Notes under the pieces: generated by a model
Database searches by the model: none
The model's input: only the letters and a program-made list of their open reading frames with translations
Told to the model about the DNA's origin: nothing
Translations under genes and position numbers: made by a program
Origin: Clostridia bacterium
GTDB taxonomy: Bacteria > Bacillota > Clostridia > UMGS1883
Assembly (NCBI GenBank): GCA_045545295.1
Contig: JAZQAO010000004.1
Location: 27,105 to 91,104, forward strand
Reading direction: 5' to 3'
DNA: 64,000 nucleotides
Part shown: one piece after another, positions 18,758 to 29,603 of the stretch
Numbering within the stretch: the first letter of the stretch is position 1
Layout of the letters: each line of letters starts with the position of its first letter

Positions 18758-21367
18758 TTAATAAATAACAGCCTCTCTTGAATTTTCATATCTCTGACGT
18801 ATAAACAACTTGCATCCTGTGCTTATTTCGTCAACAGTTACTTTTTCAAAACGTTTTCTTCCGCTGTCATATCTGAGAATCATAGTATTTTCGTGAATTC
18901 GTGCAGTATAATTTGAATCTCCCGCAGAAACAGTGTAATGCTCACCGTTTACATTCTGCACTTCTCCCCACAAAGTAGTAATCTGCGAACGTGTGCTTTC
19001 AAGCTTTGTATACTCCCATAACACATCGGAAGCCGGCATAGCCGTAAAGTCATGTACCGTCTTGAAAACAAGTATCTGACGCACATCATCGGCAGTTTCT
19101 GCTCTTGTAAGATTAATTTTATTATCCTCGTACTGTATTGCTATACCGGGCTTCAGATTAGATTTCGGCTCTGAATTCGGTTTAACCGCATCTGCAACAC
19201 AGATGCTCTTTTCTCTACCCCCTTCAAAACCGTTAAGACACATATATGTAATGCCGTCTTCAGCTTCACGGTAAGTAATTGTATCTATATAGAATATTGG
19301 CGAATTAACATAATCAAGAATTACCTCATACCCCGTTCTTTCAGTATCGTCATAAACAGTACCGAAAAGCGTACTGAGCACAACGGCATTAGCATAGTTT
19401 CCGTCAAGATCGTAAAAAGTACAGTATCTTTGCTGACCGTTCTTAAGTGTAGTCATATATGTACCTGCACTCGACAAAGAGTCCAGTGACTGAGCAGGCG
19501 CAAAAACAGCGGTATTCTGGTCAATATAGAATCTATTTCCGAAAACACCGTCATTATAATACATAAGCTCTGTATCTACAGGTCCTCTTGAGAAATAGTC
19601 TGTCCTTTGTATTGTGGAAAACTGCTGAATTTCAATAAGATAGCCGTCCTCATCAAGCTTATACTTAACAAGCTGTTTGGGATATTTAAGCTTTTCTGCA
19701 ACGTAGCCGGCATCTTCCTTTTTAATAACACCATGGCTGTTTCCGTATTTAATTTGCTCACCTTTACGGTTTTCAAAAACTTCAAATCTGTTTGCAAGTG
19801 TGAGAATCTTAAACGAACCGTTGGAGCTTATATCGTTTTTCCACGCTGTTGCAGTAAGAAATCCGTATTGCAGGTCATCCTCTTTGGAAAGCTCTGTAAC
19901 ATCTGAAACAAATCCGAATTTATTAAAATAAACTCTGATTTTCCTATTCGGGTCAACACTTATTTTTATTGCACCGTACTTACCGGATGAAAGCGCATTA
20001 AGATAACTCTTTGACAGGCGGATATCCTCCTGCTCGTTTGTTTTTGTATTTTCCAAGGTATATGTCGTACTTGTTGTAAAATCGTTTGCATATCTGATAT
20101 AGCCATCTGCATTTTCGTCAGACACATATATCTTTGTTCTCTTACCGTCAAGGCTTTTTGTTACACTGAGTATGTCTCCGTTTTTAATCTCCTCAATACT
20201 GATTTTCTCTCCATTTTTCAGGATAACCGTATTGTCACTGTCTGTTAAGTCAAGTCTTTCTCCGAACTTTCCATACACGACATCTTCGGAAATATACTGA
20301 ACGACATAATCGGTATACGCTTCAACAAGGGCTACATCGTATATCCCGTCACCGTTGCCGTCACGCAGAATTACACAGCCTGTCTCTGGAATAAGAATAT
20401 TGTTCGTGAGATTCTCACTCTTAACTGCATCACTGTTATAAAATACAGCAATATTATTTTCAAGTCTGAGATTTATTTTCTGATTACCGTCAAAGTAAAT
20501 AAACTTTGACACGGTGGTAGCAGGACTTATATCTTCTGCCGCTACTGTGACGGATTTTGTGTCTTCGAGAAACTGAATATATCTGATAGTTTGTTTTCCA
20601 CCGTCCATAAGCAAATAACAGGTGACTCTGCAGCCTATATAATCGTCAATGTAAGGATCAAGACAACGGTATACAACTCCGTCAACTTCAATTTCTCCGG
20701 AATTAAGCTTTTTGTCTTTGCAGTAGAAAGGAGTTGCCGTCACAACGCCTTGAACGACAGTAAAATTAAGATATTCTTCAAGAATGCTGCCTTTCTTCTT
20801 TTCTTCCACTGAATTATAGGTTTCTGTCTGCAGAGCATTGTAAATCAGCACACAGGTTGATTCTCTTGTAAGATATTCCTTTACCGAAGGAAGCTTTTTA
20901 TAAAGATTGAGCTTAGTCGCCATCTTTATATAACCGTCAGGATACCCTCCTGAATTTTCTGCCGCCTCACCGTAGCCGAGAGCAGAAACAACAATTTTTA
21001 CAGCTTCATTGAGAGTTACCTCTCTGTCAGGCTCAAAATTTCCGTTTCCGTCACCGTGAATAAGTCCAAGACCCACTGCTGTTGATATGGTTTTATATGC
21101 CCAATGGTCGTCAGGCACATCATTAAAGCCGGCAGCGTTTGTCATATCAACATCTTCCATGTTCATTATACGAACAATAAATGCTGTAAATTCTGCACGG
21201 GTTACAGTGCGGTCAAGAAAATAGTTTCCGTTTCCGTCACCGCGCAAAACATTTATTCCTGCAAGCAGTGAAACTGCTTTATCAGTGTGGCTCGCAGCTG
21301 AAGCAGGCATAACAAAACCCGCTATCATAAAGGAAACTGCAAGTATATATGCTAGTATTCGTTTCAC
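18758..21367 (-). CDS. SLH-anchored large surface protein (paralog), C-terminal ~700 aa unassigned
   Basis: 869 aa with a signal peptide and N-terminal SLH triplet (FNDVPDDHWAYKTIST..). Collinear similarity to the 16092-18746 product (GDGIYD, SLDGK.. blocks). Confidence 0.75.
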   Translation of the reverse strand: MKRILAYILAVSFMIAGFVMPASAASHTDKAVSLLAGINVLRGDGNGNYFLDRTVTRAEFTAFIVRIMNMEDVDMTNAAGFNDVPDDHWAYKTISTAVGLGLIHGDGNGNFEPDREVTLNEAVKIVVSALGYGEAAENSGGYPDGYIKMATKLNLYKKLPSVKEYLTRESTCVLIYNALQTETYNSVEEKKKGSILEEYLNFTVVQGVVTATPFYCKDKKLNSGEIEVDGVVYRCLDPYIDDYIGCRVTCYLLMDGGKQTIRYIQFLEDTKSVTVAAEDISPATTVSKFIYFDGNQKINLRLENNIAVFYNSDAVKSENLTNNILIPETGCVILRDGNGDGIYDVALVEAYTDYVVQYISEDVVYGKFGERLDLTDSDNTVILKNGEKISIEEIKNGDILSVTKSLDGKRTKIYVSDENADGYIRYANDFTTSTTYTLENTKTNEQEDIRLSKSYLNALSSGKYGAIKISVDPNRKIRVYFNKFGFVSDVTELSKEDDLQYGFLTATAWKNDISSNGSFKILTLANRFEVFENRKGEQIKYGNSHGVIKKEDAGYVAEKLKYPKQLVKYKLDEDGYLIEIQQFSTIQRTDYFSRGPVDTELMYYNDGVFGNRFYIDQNTAVFAPAQSLDSLSSAGTYMTTLKNGQQRYCTFYDLDGNYANAVVLSTLFGTVYDDTERTGYEVILDYVNSPIFYIDTITYREAEDGITYMCLNGFEGGREKSICVADAVKPNSEPKSNLKPGIAIQYEDNKINLTRAETADDVRQILVFKTVHDFTAMPASDVLWEYTKLESTRSQITTLWGEVQNVNGEHYTVSAGDSNYTARIHENTMILRYDSGRKRFEKVTVDEISTGCKLFIRQRYENSREAVIY

Positions 21368-21404
21368 TTAAATTCCTCCTAAGTTGACTTGAACGACAAA
21401 ATCA

Positions 21405-24400
21405 TCAGTCTGCAACTGTAACATATACAGGCTTTGAATATACACCCTCAGCACTTTTAGCTATGGCATATACCACCGTTTCTCCCTCTTTAACACCCAC
21501 AATAGAACCATCGGCACTAACTCTTGCAATATCCGCATCTCTTACGTCCCAGTTAACAGCCTTTGAAAAAGCATCGTCGGGAAGAACCGTAACCGTCATA
21601 GGAATTTCTTCTCCAACCTTTATTTCCACACTGTATTTATCAAGAATTACCTCCGTAGGCTTAACAGCAGGAAATGCAAGTTCCGCCATGGCACACGTAT
21701 CCCAATCTCTGAGTTGCCCTCTTTCATCGTACCATGATGCAATAATCTCGTGAGTTGATTTATGGCGGCTTACAGGCACTAAATCAGACTCACCGCGAAG
21801 ATACGCTTCAAGCTTTAATAAAACGTAGTAATAATCGCCTTCCGTATCAATATAAAGCATATCTGAATCGTGAATAATAAATTCTCCGTTAAACTTTGTC
21901 TTAATAATGTTATTTCCGATAATGCGTGCAAGTGTTAAATATTCTTCCCAGCCGGAAGCATCATATAAAGAAAACAAATATCTCATAAGATTAGGATCTG
22001 AAGAATTAGTCTCTATTTTAAGATTAGGTTTTTCTCCAAGAATTGGGTTTCCTATATCTCCTATGTGATATGTTTTATTAAGGTAATTCTTTACCAAACT
22101 CCATACCGCTTCTTTTTCTGCTTCAAATCCGGGAATATCCCTTGTTGCTACATAAAGAGCCGCAAAGTTTTCAGGAACATCGTTTCTTAGAGTAGCAGGC
22201 TCAAAGGTTTTTCCTATACTTCCATAATATCCCGGTCTTGTCCATCTTATTCCGTCAAGCACCAGTCCGTTTGATAAGAATGTACGTAACTTATTCTGAT
22301 CAAAATCATAAGCAATATCAACAAGGCTTTTTGATGCAACAAGATATGTTTCTAATATTTCATTCCCTTTCGCCTGTAAATCAGGGTCATCAGAAGCTAT
22401 CATAGCCTCTGCCATATGGATAGCAGCAAGCATCATCTTATCATACATAGAAACGGCACCGCCTAAAATATGCAAATGACCCTCTCTTAACTCTTCATCT
22501 GCCTCTTCCTTTGTAAGGTAGCCACCGCTTATAAGCATATCTGCAAACTGAATATATGCTCTGTCGCCATAGGAGTTATTTCCTGCCAGCTGTTTCGCAT
22601 CTTCTCTCGTATACCAGTTTTCCCCATACTGTTCCTCAAGAGAATATCTTCCCTGCATTCTGTGCGTACTGTTAAAGAGCGAGGCAAATATTCCAGTATC
22701 AGGATCCTTTGTATTCGCATAACGCTTCCAGAGATTATATGCCCACAAGATCATTTTCTTTCCTTCTTCAGGATCCGAACAATTCTGGAAATAATACTCC
22801 GCCATTGCAAAAAGGTCACAGGAGCTCGAGCTGAAGCAAAGGTCTGTGGTTCTTACAAACGGGTCATCGGGGTGAATCGGATCATCTGCGTTTGGATATT
22901 CCATAAAGTTATTTAAATCATTATATCCGCTGTAATTAGGGTCTTTTTCATTACTCCAGAGTGCATGACGGTTAAAACTCATTGTTCCCCAGTCATTGAT
23001 AATCGCACACCAGTGGTCCTTTATAATTTTAAGTCCCGCTTGCGTATCCAGTTCAAAAAACGGAGCAAAATAAAGGTCTCGTCCTTTTACCTCTACATAG
23101 TTTGATTTGGTAGCATATTTCTCATAATGCTCGGCCTGTTTTCCGGTTTCCAGATCAAGCGCCTGATGGTTTCCCCAAAACACAAGACCATTACGGCTTA
23201 TGGCATTGTCAAGATACCACTGATAAATCTGATTTACTCTGTTTGAATAGCTTTCATCCCCGGTAAGATTAGTAATACCCTTCATCGCCCTCATCGTTTG
23301 GAACTGCTCTGTAACATTACTTATGGGAGTTGGATTCTGAGGTCCTTTCAGATTCCAGAACGCATAAGTATGAGTGTATGGACTGATGTATGAAGCTATA
23401 AGGGGATTTCTTCCGTCGGGATTGCTTCCCACTTCTAAAACATTATCTATTGCTGTTATTACAGCATTAAGACGCTGAATATCATTACTGTAAGTGTCAT
23501 AGCTCTGAACAAGCACCCTTTTTTCGCCGTAAACAGCACTATTGTCGGCTAAAGTTGCCTTTACAATAACGACTTCATCCTTTTGGGGCATAGTTCCAGA
23601 TACCATCATAACACCGTCTGCAGAAATACTGATATCCGCACAGGAAAGATTTTCAACAGACCATATAAATTCAGACCCGGAAATTTCACCGCCTACCTGG
23701 TCATACAGTGCTGCTTCAAACTTAAAGGTGTGTGTTCTGTGCTGATATGCACTTACTCGGGGGGCTCCCGTGATTTTTATGTTATCACTTGCAGACTGTT
23801 CAACCGTAAGTCTGATTTTTTTACTCAAACCTCCGCCGGGAGTGGCTACAGTAAGAATTACTTCATTTCCTGCAAGAGCACTGTGGTCTATTTTAAGAGT
23901 GGCCGAGCTGTAATCATCTGACGGCTCAACAGAAATACCTTCGGTATTACTGCCCGATACAGTCCACACAAGCTCTTCACCCGTCAGGGCTAAGCCTTCT
24001 GAGCTGTAAATACAGGTCCCAAAAGTATATGTATTACTTCCACTCTTCGGTACTGTTCCCTTGAAGGTATACTGTGCCTCTTCATCCTGAGGTGATGACA
24101 CGGGGACAGCACCTGTTATTTCAAGTGTTCCGTATTCAGCTTCCTGAGAAACCTTGAAATCATCAAGGTAAAATCCCGGCAGGAAACGTGCATAAGCACT
24201 TACGGTATCAATGCCGTTTCCTGCTTTTACAAAAGCAAGTGTTGCTTTCTGTGTACCGTTCACAAAAAAAGTACAGGTTTTGTCTGAAACATTAACGGCT
24301 ACCCTTATATCGTACCAGCTATCGGCAAGATAGTTTCCAAAAAGCACCTCGTAAGAACCGTCTGTTTTGAGCGCACAAATATTTCCGCCATTTGTGGCAA

Positions 24401-24776
24401 CTGAAAACACAACATCCGATTTATACAGTGTTTCCAGAATTATATTCCCGTCAGACTTTACGTCAGGCTGCATAAAGGAAGCTTCTGCAACAACCTCTCC
24501 CGCATTTATTTCGGGAAAGCTTTTTGTTACAATTGTATAACTGCCGTCAGTACCATTGTCCATATACATAGCACGTCTTGACCCAATGTCTTGGGCTGTT
24601 ATACTGCCTGAGCCTGCATTGTATTTCCAGCCCTCAGGTAAAATCTCAGCTTCATAATCAGCAAAAGCAAAATATCGTCTGAAGTTTTCCTCCGCTGCTG
24701 CTATAAATGAGCATATATCAAAAAGCATAACGAGAGAAAGTATTAATGATATGTATGATTTAAGCATTTTTTTCAT
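21405..24776 (-). CDS. large secreted multi-domain protein (LamG-like N-domain, Ig-like region, large unassigned core, C-terminal Big_2-like domain)
   Basis: 1123 aa with a signal peptide. C-terminal VGEEIPMTVTVLPDDAFSKAVNWDVRDADIARVSADGSIVGVKEGETVVYA is Big_2-like. The central ~550 aa may be a glycan-active catalytic core, but I cannot assign it. Confidence 0.7.
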   Translation of the reverse strand: MKKMLKSYISLILSLVMLFDICSFIAAAEENFRRYFAFADYEAEILPEGWKYNAGSGSITAQDIGSRRAMYMDNGTDGSYTIVTKSFPEINAGEVVAEASFMQPDVKSDGNIILETLYKSDVVFSVATNGGNICALKTDGSYEVLFGNYLADSWYDIRVAVNVSDKTCTFFVNGTQKATLAFVKAGNGIDTVSAYARFLPGFYLDDFKVSQEAEYGTLEITGAVPVSSPQDEEAQYTFKGTVPKSGSNTYTFGTCIYSSEGLALTGEELVWTVSGSNTEGISVEPSDDYSSATLKIDHSALAGNEVILTVATPGGGLSKKIRLTVEQSASDNIKITGAPRVSAYQHRTHTFKFEAALYDQVGGEISGSEFIWSVENLSCADISISADGVMMVSGTMPQKDEVVIVKATLADNSAVYGEKRVLVQSYDTYSNDIQRLNAVITAIDNVLEVGSNPDGRNPLIASYISPYTHTYAFWNLKGPQNPTPISNVTEQFQTMRAMKGITNLTGDESYSNRVNQIYQWYLDNAISRNGLVFWGNHQALDLETGKQAEHYEKYATKSNYVEVKGRDLYFAPFFELDTQAGLKIIKDHWCAIINDWGTMSFNRHALWSNEKDPNYSGYNDLNNFMEYPNADDPIHPDDPFVRTTDLCFSSSSCDLFAMAEYYFQNCSDPEEGKKMILWAYNLWKRYANTKDPDTGIFASLFNSTHRMQGRYSLEEQYGENWYTREDAKQLAGNNSYGDRAYIQFADMLISGGYLTKEEADEELREGHLHILGGAVSMYDKMMLAAIHMAEAMIASDDPDLQAKGNEILETYLVASKSLVDIAYDFDQNKLRTFLSNGLVLDGIRWTRPGYYGSIGKTFEPATLRNDVPENFAALYVATRDIPGFEAEKEAVWSLVKNYLNKTYHIGDIGNPILGEKPNLKIETNSSDPNLMRYLFSLYDASGWEEYLTLARIIGNNIIKTKFNGEFIIHDSDMLYIDTEGDYYYVLLKLEAYLRGESDLVPVSRHKSTHEIIASWYDERGQLRDWDTCAMAELAFPAVKPTEVILDKYSVEIKVGEEIPMTVTVLPDDAFSKAVNWDVRDADIARVSADGSIVGVKEGETVVYAIAKSAEGVYSKPVYVTVAD

Positions 24777-27700
24777 ATACTTTTTTCCTTCCTGTAAATC
24801 TGCAGATTACTGATTGTTTCGTTATCACGATCACCGTCAACCATATATGCTGTTACCTTGCTGTTTGTACAGCTGGCAAGAGATATATCCGTATTCACAC
24901 TAAAGGACGCACCCTCTGGGGAATCGGAAACATCGTAAACATAAAAATTAACAAATTCGTTACGGTCATAAACCGCTACCATAAGCTTTGCTTTTCCCTC
25001 AAAAGCATTCTGCTTGACCGCACATATACTGCTGATCTTGTTATCGGAAACAGAAATGTTTTTAATTTCATACGCCATTTTATAAGATGTCTGCGCAGGA
25101 ACAGTTACATCAAATGACTTTGTTTTGACCACATTTTCATACCTTACGACAGCAGTAAGAGTTGCCTTTTTATCGACCGATGATGACGGATTTATCTTTC
25201 CGCCGCCTGAAACAACACCATCATCTGAGCTTTTCCACGAAACGCTGCAGTTTCCAACATACGAGGGAAGCTTCACATCCTCATTCAAAGAAGTTTCAAG
25301 CTCAATTCTTGCCAAAGCATCTGTCACAACAGTTTCAGCATCAGGCAGGCTGAATCTTCTTACTCTCATTTCATCTACAACAATATAATTCATGTGATCA
25401 CAAAACAGTCTCCACTGATGGAAGAAAGGTTGTGAACCTGAACCATATTCAATGGGGTCATCAGTGACCTTTTCTCCATTAATATATATATCAAGACGAT
25501 AAGATTTTATATCATAATAAAACGATACGTCATGCCAAACCAACGGTTCAAGCGCAGTACCAAATTTTTTATTCATAAAACCGTCTACATTAATTGATGT
25601 AGGTGTTATAGTGATATACGTTCCATCGATACAGTAGATTTCTCCTTTTATAATGTCTCCTGCATTTCTGAACTGTACTCTGAAATCAAGAACAAGAAAA
25701 TCTCCGTGATAGTTCTCTCCCGTCTTCGGATGAAGAAGCATTGTATGCGACATTCCTGTCACCATATCGTACTTTGCATTTGTGTATCTGTTAAGGAACA
25801 TCGCTTTGTTTGCCTCATCATAAGGCAAATAGCGGTCTGTTGGTGCCTTATCAGCAAACACCTGAGTTCCGTATTCGGTGTTGGCCTCTCTTGCACGAAG
25901 CTGCATTGTACTCCACGAGCTTATTTCTGAACCTGCATACGATTCTTCCATATCATCATAAAGATACTGTACAAGTATCTCTGCACCGGCATCAACTGCA
26001 AATTTAAGGTCTTTTGTTGCCTTTATTTCAGGATTTGTCTTTGAAGAAATGGTAGCAGTAAGAGTTGCTGCTGCTTCGTAGGGCTGTCTGAAAATTTCAC
26101 CCTTATTATTTATTATGGCAGGATAATTACTTTCCCAGGTTATATCAACACCGCCAATATCGGAAGCTCTTCCGTCTGTGATTTCTGTCGGAAGCTCAAG
26201 ATTTTTTGTCAGTCTGAAACGGCGTTCATCTGTTATATCCTCTTCATTAAGCTGAGAAGCTATAATTTCAAGAATTTCAACTGTTGGCGTTTCATTACCA
26301 CTACTTGCCTGTACCCTGTATGAAAAATCCTTATTTATAAACTCTCCGTTTTTTTCCACCTTTGCAGTTAAAACAACTGTTTTTTCAACACGAGGTTTTG
26401 TCACTCTTCCGTCTGCACCAATTATTTCAGCATCAGAAGATGTCCATGATACTTCTGTATTTTCAACACCGTAAAGCGGTAAATTTACCTTGCCCGTTTC
26501 GTAATCAATCACAGGCTGCTCAAGCGCTTCTTCTGCTCTTAATACTGCTTCTTTAGGGTCAAGAGTAATATCACGAACCATAATATTACGAATCATAAAG
26601 GTTTCGTGAACACCTGCAGTCTTGTGATTACTGTAGAAGTTAAGTCCGTCTATAGAATATGCACCGGGTTCATAAACGGGCTCGTCATTCAGTTTTTCAT
26701 AGTCAAGATAAAGTGTGTATTCACTTGTGTATCTGTTGATTTCTATTGTGAAATGATGCCACTTATTTGTAGAAAGCGTTTTTCCGTAGGGATGCTCAGG
26801 AAGCACCTTAAGTCCCATTCCCGTCTGAGATATACCATAATGACGGTTCATTCCGTCAAGCTCAACGTACAGAGTTGTTTTCTCATCTCTGAAAAGACAG
26901 TCAAAGTCTATGCGCATAATTTCTGCATCGACCTTTTTGGGAAATGCCATATTTACTTTCTGATTACATACAACACCCTCAGCCGAAGTCATATATCTTG
27001 ATATAGAAAGAACCTTTTCCGCCTCGTCATAAGGCTTGAGAGTATCGTTAACATCTTTTCTTATAACAGCATTAATGCTTGGAAGCTTATACGGCGTTGC
27101 AATTGTCCATCCGTTCCATCCGTCAACACTTTGTCCCTCTGTTGTAGGAGCTGAAAAATCTTCAAGATGAAGCACTTTTCCTCTGCCGGCGATTACAAGA
27201 TTGTATTTTCTTGTAAATGTACCATCCGGAGATGTAAATATACCCTTAAGTGTAACAGGAATATCTGAATCAGGAAGAATAACTGTACCATCGTGTTTCA
27301 GAACATCCGTATTACTGCTTTCCCAGCTGATTGAAGCACTGTTAAAGTTGTCTGTAAGGCTAAGGTCTTCTGTAATATGCCAGGAATGCTGACCGTTTCC
27401 GATATCTTCAAATGAAAGGTTTTCAGAAATATATTCAACCTCGCTGTAGCCTTTTACCGTAATTTCAAAATCTTTTGTAAAAGTCGTTCCCTCTCTTGTA
27501 ACATTCGCAGTCAGAACAACATCCTTATCTTCCCCTATAGGTCTTTTTATTGCACCGTCTGTAGCAATAACTTCAGGATCACTTGATGTCCACTCAATAC
27601 TTGTTCCGTAAAGGCTTGTGGACGGAAGCACTACACTCTGCGTAATACCTGCTTTGTCATATTCAACATCTATTTTATCAATAGCAAGCTTTAGCCATTC

Positions 27701-29572
27701 TTCATTGGTTTTTATGTGACGCTTAAAATGTACGTCGTCAAGATAGTTGTCGCCTCCCCAGCCGGCTCTTGGAATGTTTATCTCAATCAAATCAATTTTC
27801 GAAAGAGACATAAATACTTCCGGTCCTACTGGCTGTGAATTTATATAAAGCTGTGCTTTATGATCGAAGAAATTCATCAGAACACCAAATGTGTTCCATT
27901 TTTTCAGTTTAAACAACGCCTTTTCTTCTTCGGTAAATACAATCTCGGCACCGCTGTTGAAATCAGCAGACGGCTCCCACCTATCATTATAAAGTGCACC
28001 GAAAAAGTTACCCATTCTTATACGTCCGTTATTCATACTTATGTTTATTCTTCCCCCAAAGTATACCATATCTTTGGTAAACTCATTTTCTGCGGGGAAC
28101 TTCAATCTTCCTACCCAGTCTGTAATTTCTTTTCCGTCAACAGGTGAAGTGTGGTAGGAGTGATTAAGCTTTCTGGCAACATTCAGTGCCTTATTTGAAG
28201 GGTTTTGAGGGTCTTTCTTAATCCTAAGAAAAGTTCCCTCTGCTGCGGCTCTCTCCACAGTCGAAAACTCCCCGTTAACTGTCAGATTAGGAATTACACG
28301 CCAGTCCTTATAACCGCTGTTCGCATCTACAACAAGGTCTGTGTCAGGTTCCGCATCTTCAAAATCCTCGTACCAGAGAATGTTTCCGTTAAAAGGAACT
28401 GTTAAATTGAAAATCTGTTCATCAATCACATCACCACTTAAAAGGTCTTTAACCTTTGCGGTAAGCTTAACGCTTGCATCAAGAAAATCGGGCACTAAAA
28501 CAACTCCATCATCCGTAAGGACTTCGGGATTACTGCTTGTCCACTCAAAAGCATATTTGTCATTTTTCGAAATAAGATTCAGGTCTGAGACTACATTATC
28601 TGTAGTCTGTCCGTTTGAGATTTCTTCAAAGTTCACATACAAAGGTGATGCCTGATGTACAATTCTCAGATTATCTATTCTGAAAGCATTTTTACTTGCA
28701 TGCTGACCTCTTTCCTGGAACATAAGAAGTCTGTAGAAAGGCTCAATGGAGGTTACTTTCTGAATAGGTCCGATTTGTGTATCATCCACATATACACTTA
28801 CAGTATTTTTATCGTAATTCAAATACAGTTCAAATTTATGCCACTTATTAGGCTGATTGAACATTATTTCCTTTTCAGATGCATTGTAATTATATGTCGT
28901 TCCGCCTCTTACGGTGTAATACTCGCTTCTGAAACGGTCAAGGAACGGCGCAAGAGAGAAATTAAACGCTTCTATTGTATGTACATTTTTTGTGTAGTAC
29001 ATATCAAAGCTGATTTTTATCACTGCATACTCAATAGTCCCTTCAAACGTTTTCTTCATGTGGGTGTTTGTATGAAGATTATCATTTGTTCCTATCTGCG
29101 AAGGCAGCTTTTGAAACTTAAGCACCTTGTTTCCGCTTTTTTCAGGATCCGGGTCAGCATCTATCTGGAAAATATTAAGGCTGTTTTGTATAGCGGCATC
29201 GGGCCCTCCGAGCGTCCATCCGTGATAACCGATAAAGTTCTCAGCAACCATAAAATCGGTTGCGCCTTCTTTTTTCGTATAGGCATTTTGCGGAAGCTCG
29301 CCTTGTACATCTTCAAAGTCATCTTCATAAATTACTCTGTAGATTTCTTCCTGACTTTCATAAACAGTTTCCACGGGAAGTGTCTCTTCTTCCATACAGA
29401 TTTCCATCTCTGTGCCGTCTGCATCTTCAATTTCAGATAAAGTCATATCCTCTGCCACAGATGGTGTCTCTTCTTCTGCAAAAGCTATCCCCTGAAAGCA
29501 GGAAATCGCCACTACAAATATTAAAATTGCCGAAGCAAATCTTTTTAATGCCGGATTTTCAAATTTCTTCAT
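24773..29572 (-). CDS. giant secreted protein with alternating LamG-like jelly-roll and short Ig-like modules
   Basis: About 1599 aa from ATG 29572 (GGGGAGG RBS 7 nt upstream; signal peptide MKKFENPALKRFASAILIFVVAISCFQGIAFA). Four (Y/L)EDFE...GW modules and six LxLP..W.SS..G.V..P..V.LTA modules. ATGA overlap with the downstream gene. Confidence 0.8.
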   Translation of the reverse strand: MKKFENPALKRFASAILIFVVAISCFQGIAFAEEETPSVAEDMTLSEIEDADGTEMEICMEEETLPVETVYESQEEIYRVIYEDDFEDVQGELPQNAYTKKEGATDFMVAENFIGYHGWTLGGPDAAIQNSLNIFQIDADPDPEKSGNKVLKFQKLPSQIGTNDNLHTNTHMKKTFEGTIEYAVIKISFDMYYTKNVHTIEAFNFSLAPFLDRFRSEYYTVRGGTTYNYNASEKEIMFNQPNKWHKFELYLNYDKNTVSVYVDDTQIGPIQKVTSIEPFYRLLMFQERGQHASKNAFRIDNLRIVHQASPLYVNFEEISNGQTTDNVVSDLNLISKNDKYAFEWTSSNPEVLTDDGVVLVPDFLDASVKLTAKVKDLLSGDVIDEQIFNLTVPFNGNILWYEDFEDAEPDTDLVVDANSGYKDWRVIPNLTVNGEFSTVERAAAEGTFLRIKKDPQNPSNKALNVARKLNHSYHTSPVDGKEITDWVGRLKFPAENEFTKDMVYFGGRINISMNNGRIRMGNFFGALYNDRWEPSADFNSGAEIVFTEEEKALFKLKKWNTFGVLMNFFDHKAQLYINSQPVGPEVFMSLSKIDLIEINIPRAGWGGDNYLDDVHFKRHIKTNEEWLKLAIDKIDVEYDKAGITQSVVLPSTSLYGTSIEWTSSDPEVIATDGAIKRPIGEDKDVVLTANVTREGTTFTKDFEITVKGYSEVEYISENLSFEDIGNGQHSWHITEDLSLTDNFNSASISWESSNTDVLKHDGTVILPDSDIPVTLKGIFTSPDGTFTRKYNLVIAGRGKVLHLEDFSAPTTEGQSVDGWNGWTIATPYKLPSINAVIRKDVNDTLKPYDEAEKVLSISRYMTSAEGVVCNQKVNMAFPKKVDAEIMRIDFDCLFRDEKTTLYVELDGMNRHYGISQTGMGLKVLPEHPYGKTLSTNKWHHFTIEINRYTSEYTLYLDYEKLNDEPVYEPGAYSIDGLNFYSNHKTAGVHETFMIRNIMVRDITLDPKEAVLRAEEALEQPVIDYETGKVNLPLYGVENTEVSWTSSDAEIIGADGRVTKPRVEKTVVLTAKVEKNGEFINKDFSYRVQASSGNETPTVEILEIIASQLNEEDITDERRFRLTKNLELPTEITDGRASDIGGVDITWESNYPAIINNKGEIFRQPYEAAATLTATISSKTNPEIKATKDLKFAVDAGAEILVQYLYDDMEESYAGSEISSWSTMQLRAREANTEYGTQVFADKAPTDRYLPYDEANKAMFLNRYTNAKYDMVTGMSHTMLLHPKTGENYHGDFLVLDFRVQFRNAGDIIKGEIYCIDGTYITITPTSINVDGFMNKKFGTALEPLVWHDVSFYYDIKSYRLDIYINGEKVTDDPIEYGSGSQPFFHQWRLFCDHMNYIVVDEMRVRRFSLPDAETVVTDALARIELETSLNEDVKLPSYVGNCSVSWKSSDDGVVSGGGKINPSSSVDKKATLTAVVRYENVVKTKSFDVTVPAQTSYKMAYEIKNISVSDNKISSICAVKQNAFEGKAKLMVAVYDRNEFVNFYVYDVSDSPEGASFSVNTDISLASCTNSKVTAYMVDGDRDNETISNLQIYRKEKSI

Positions 29573-29603
29573 AGAGTTACCTCCCCATATAATTAAAGCA
29601 TTG

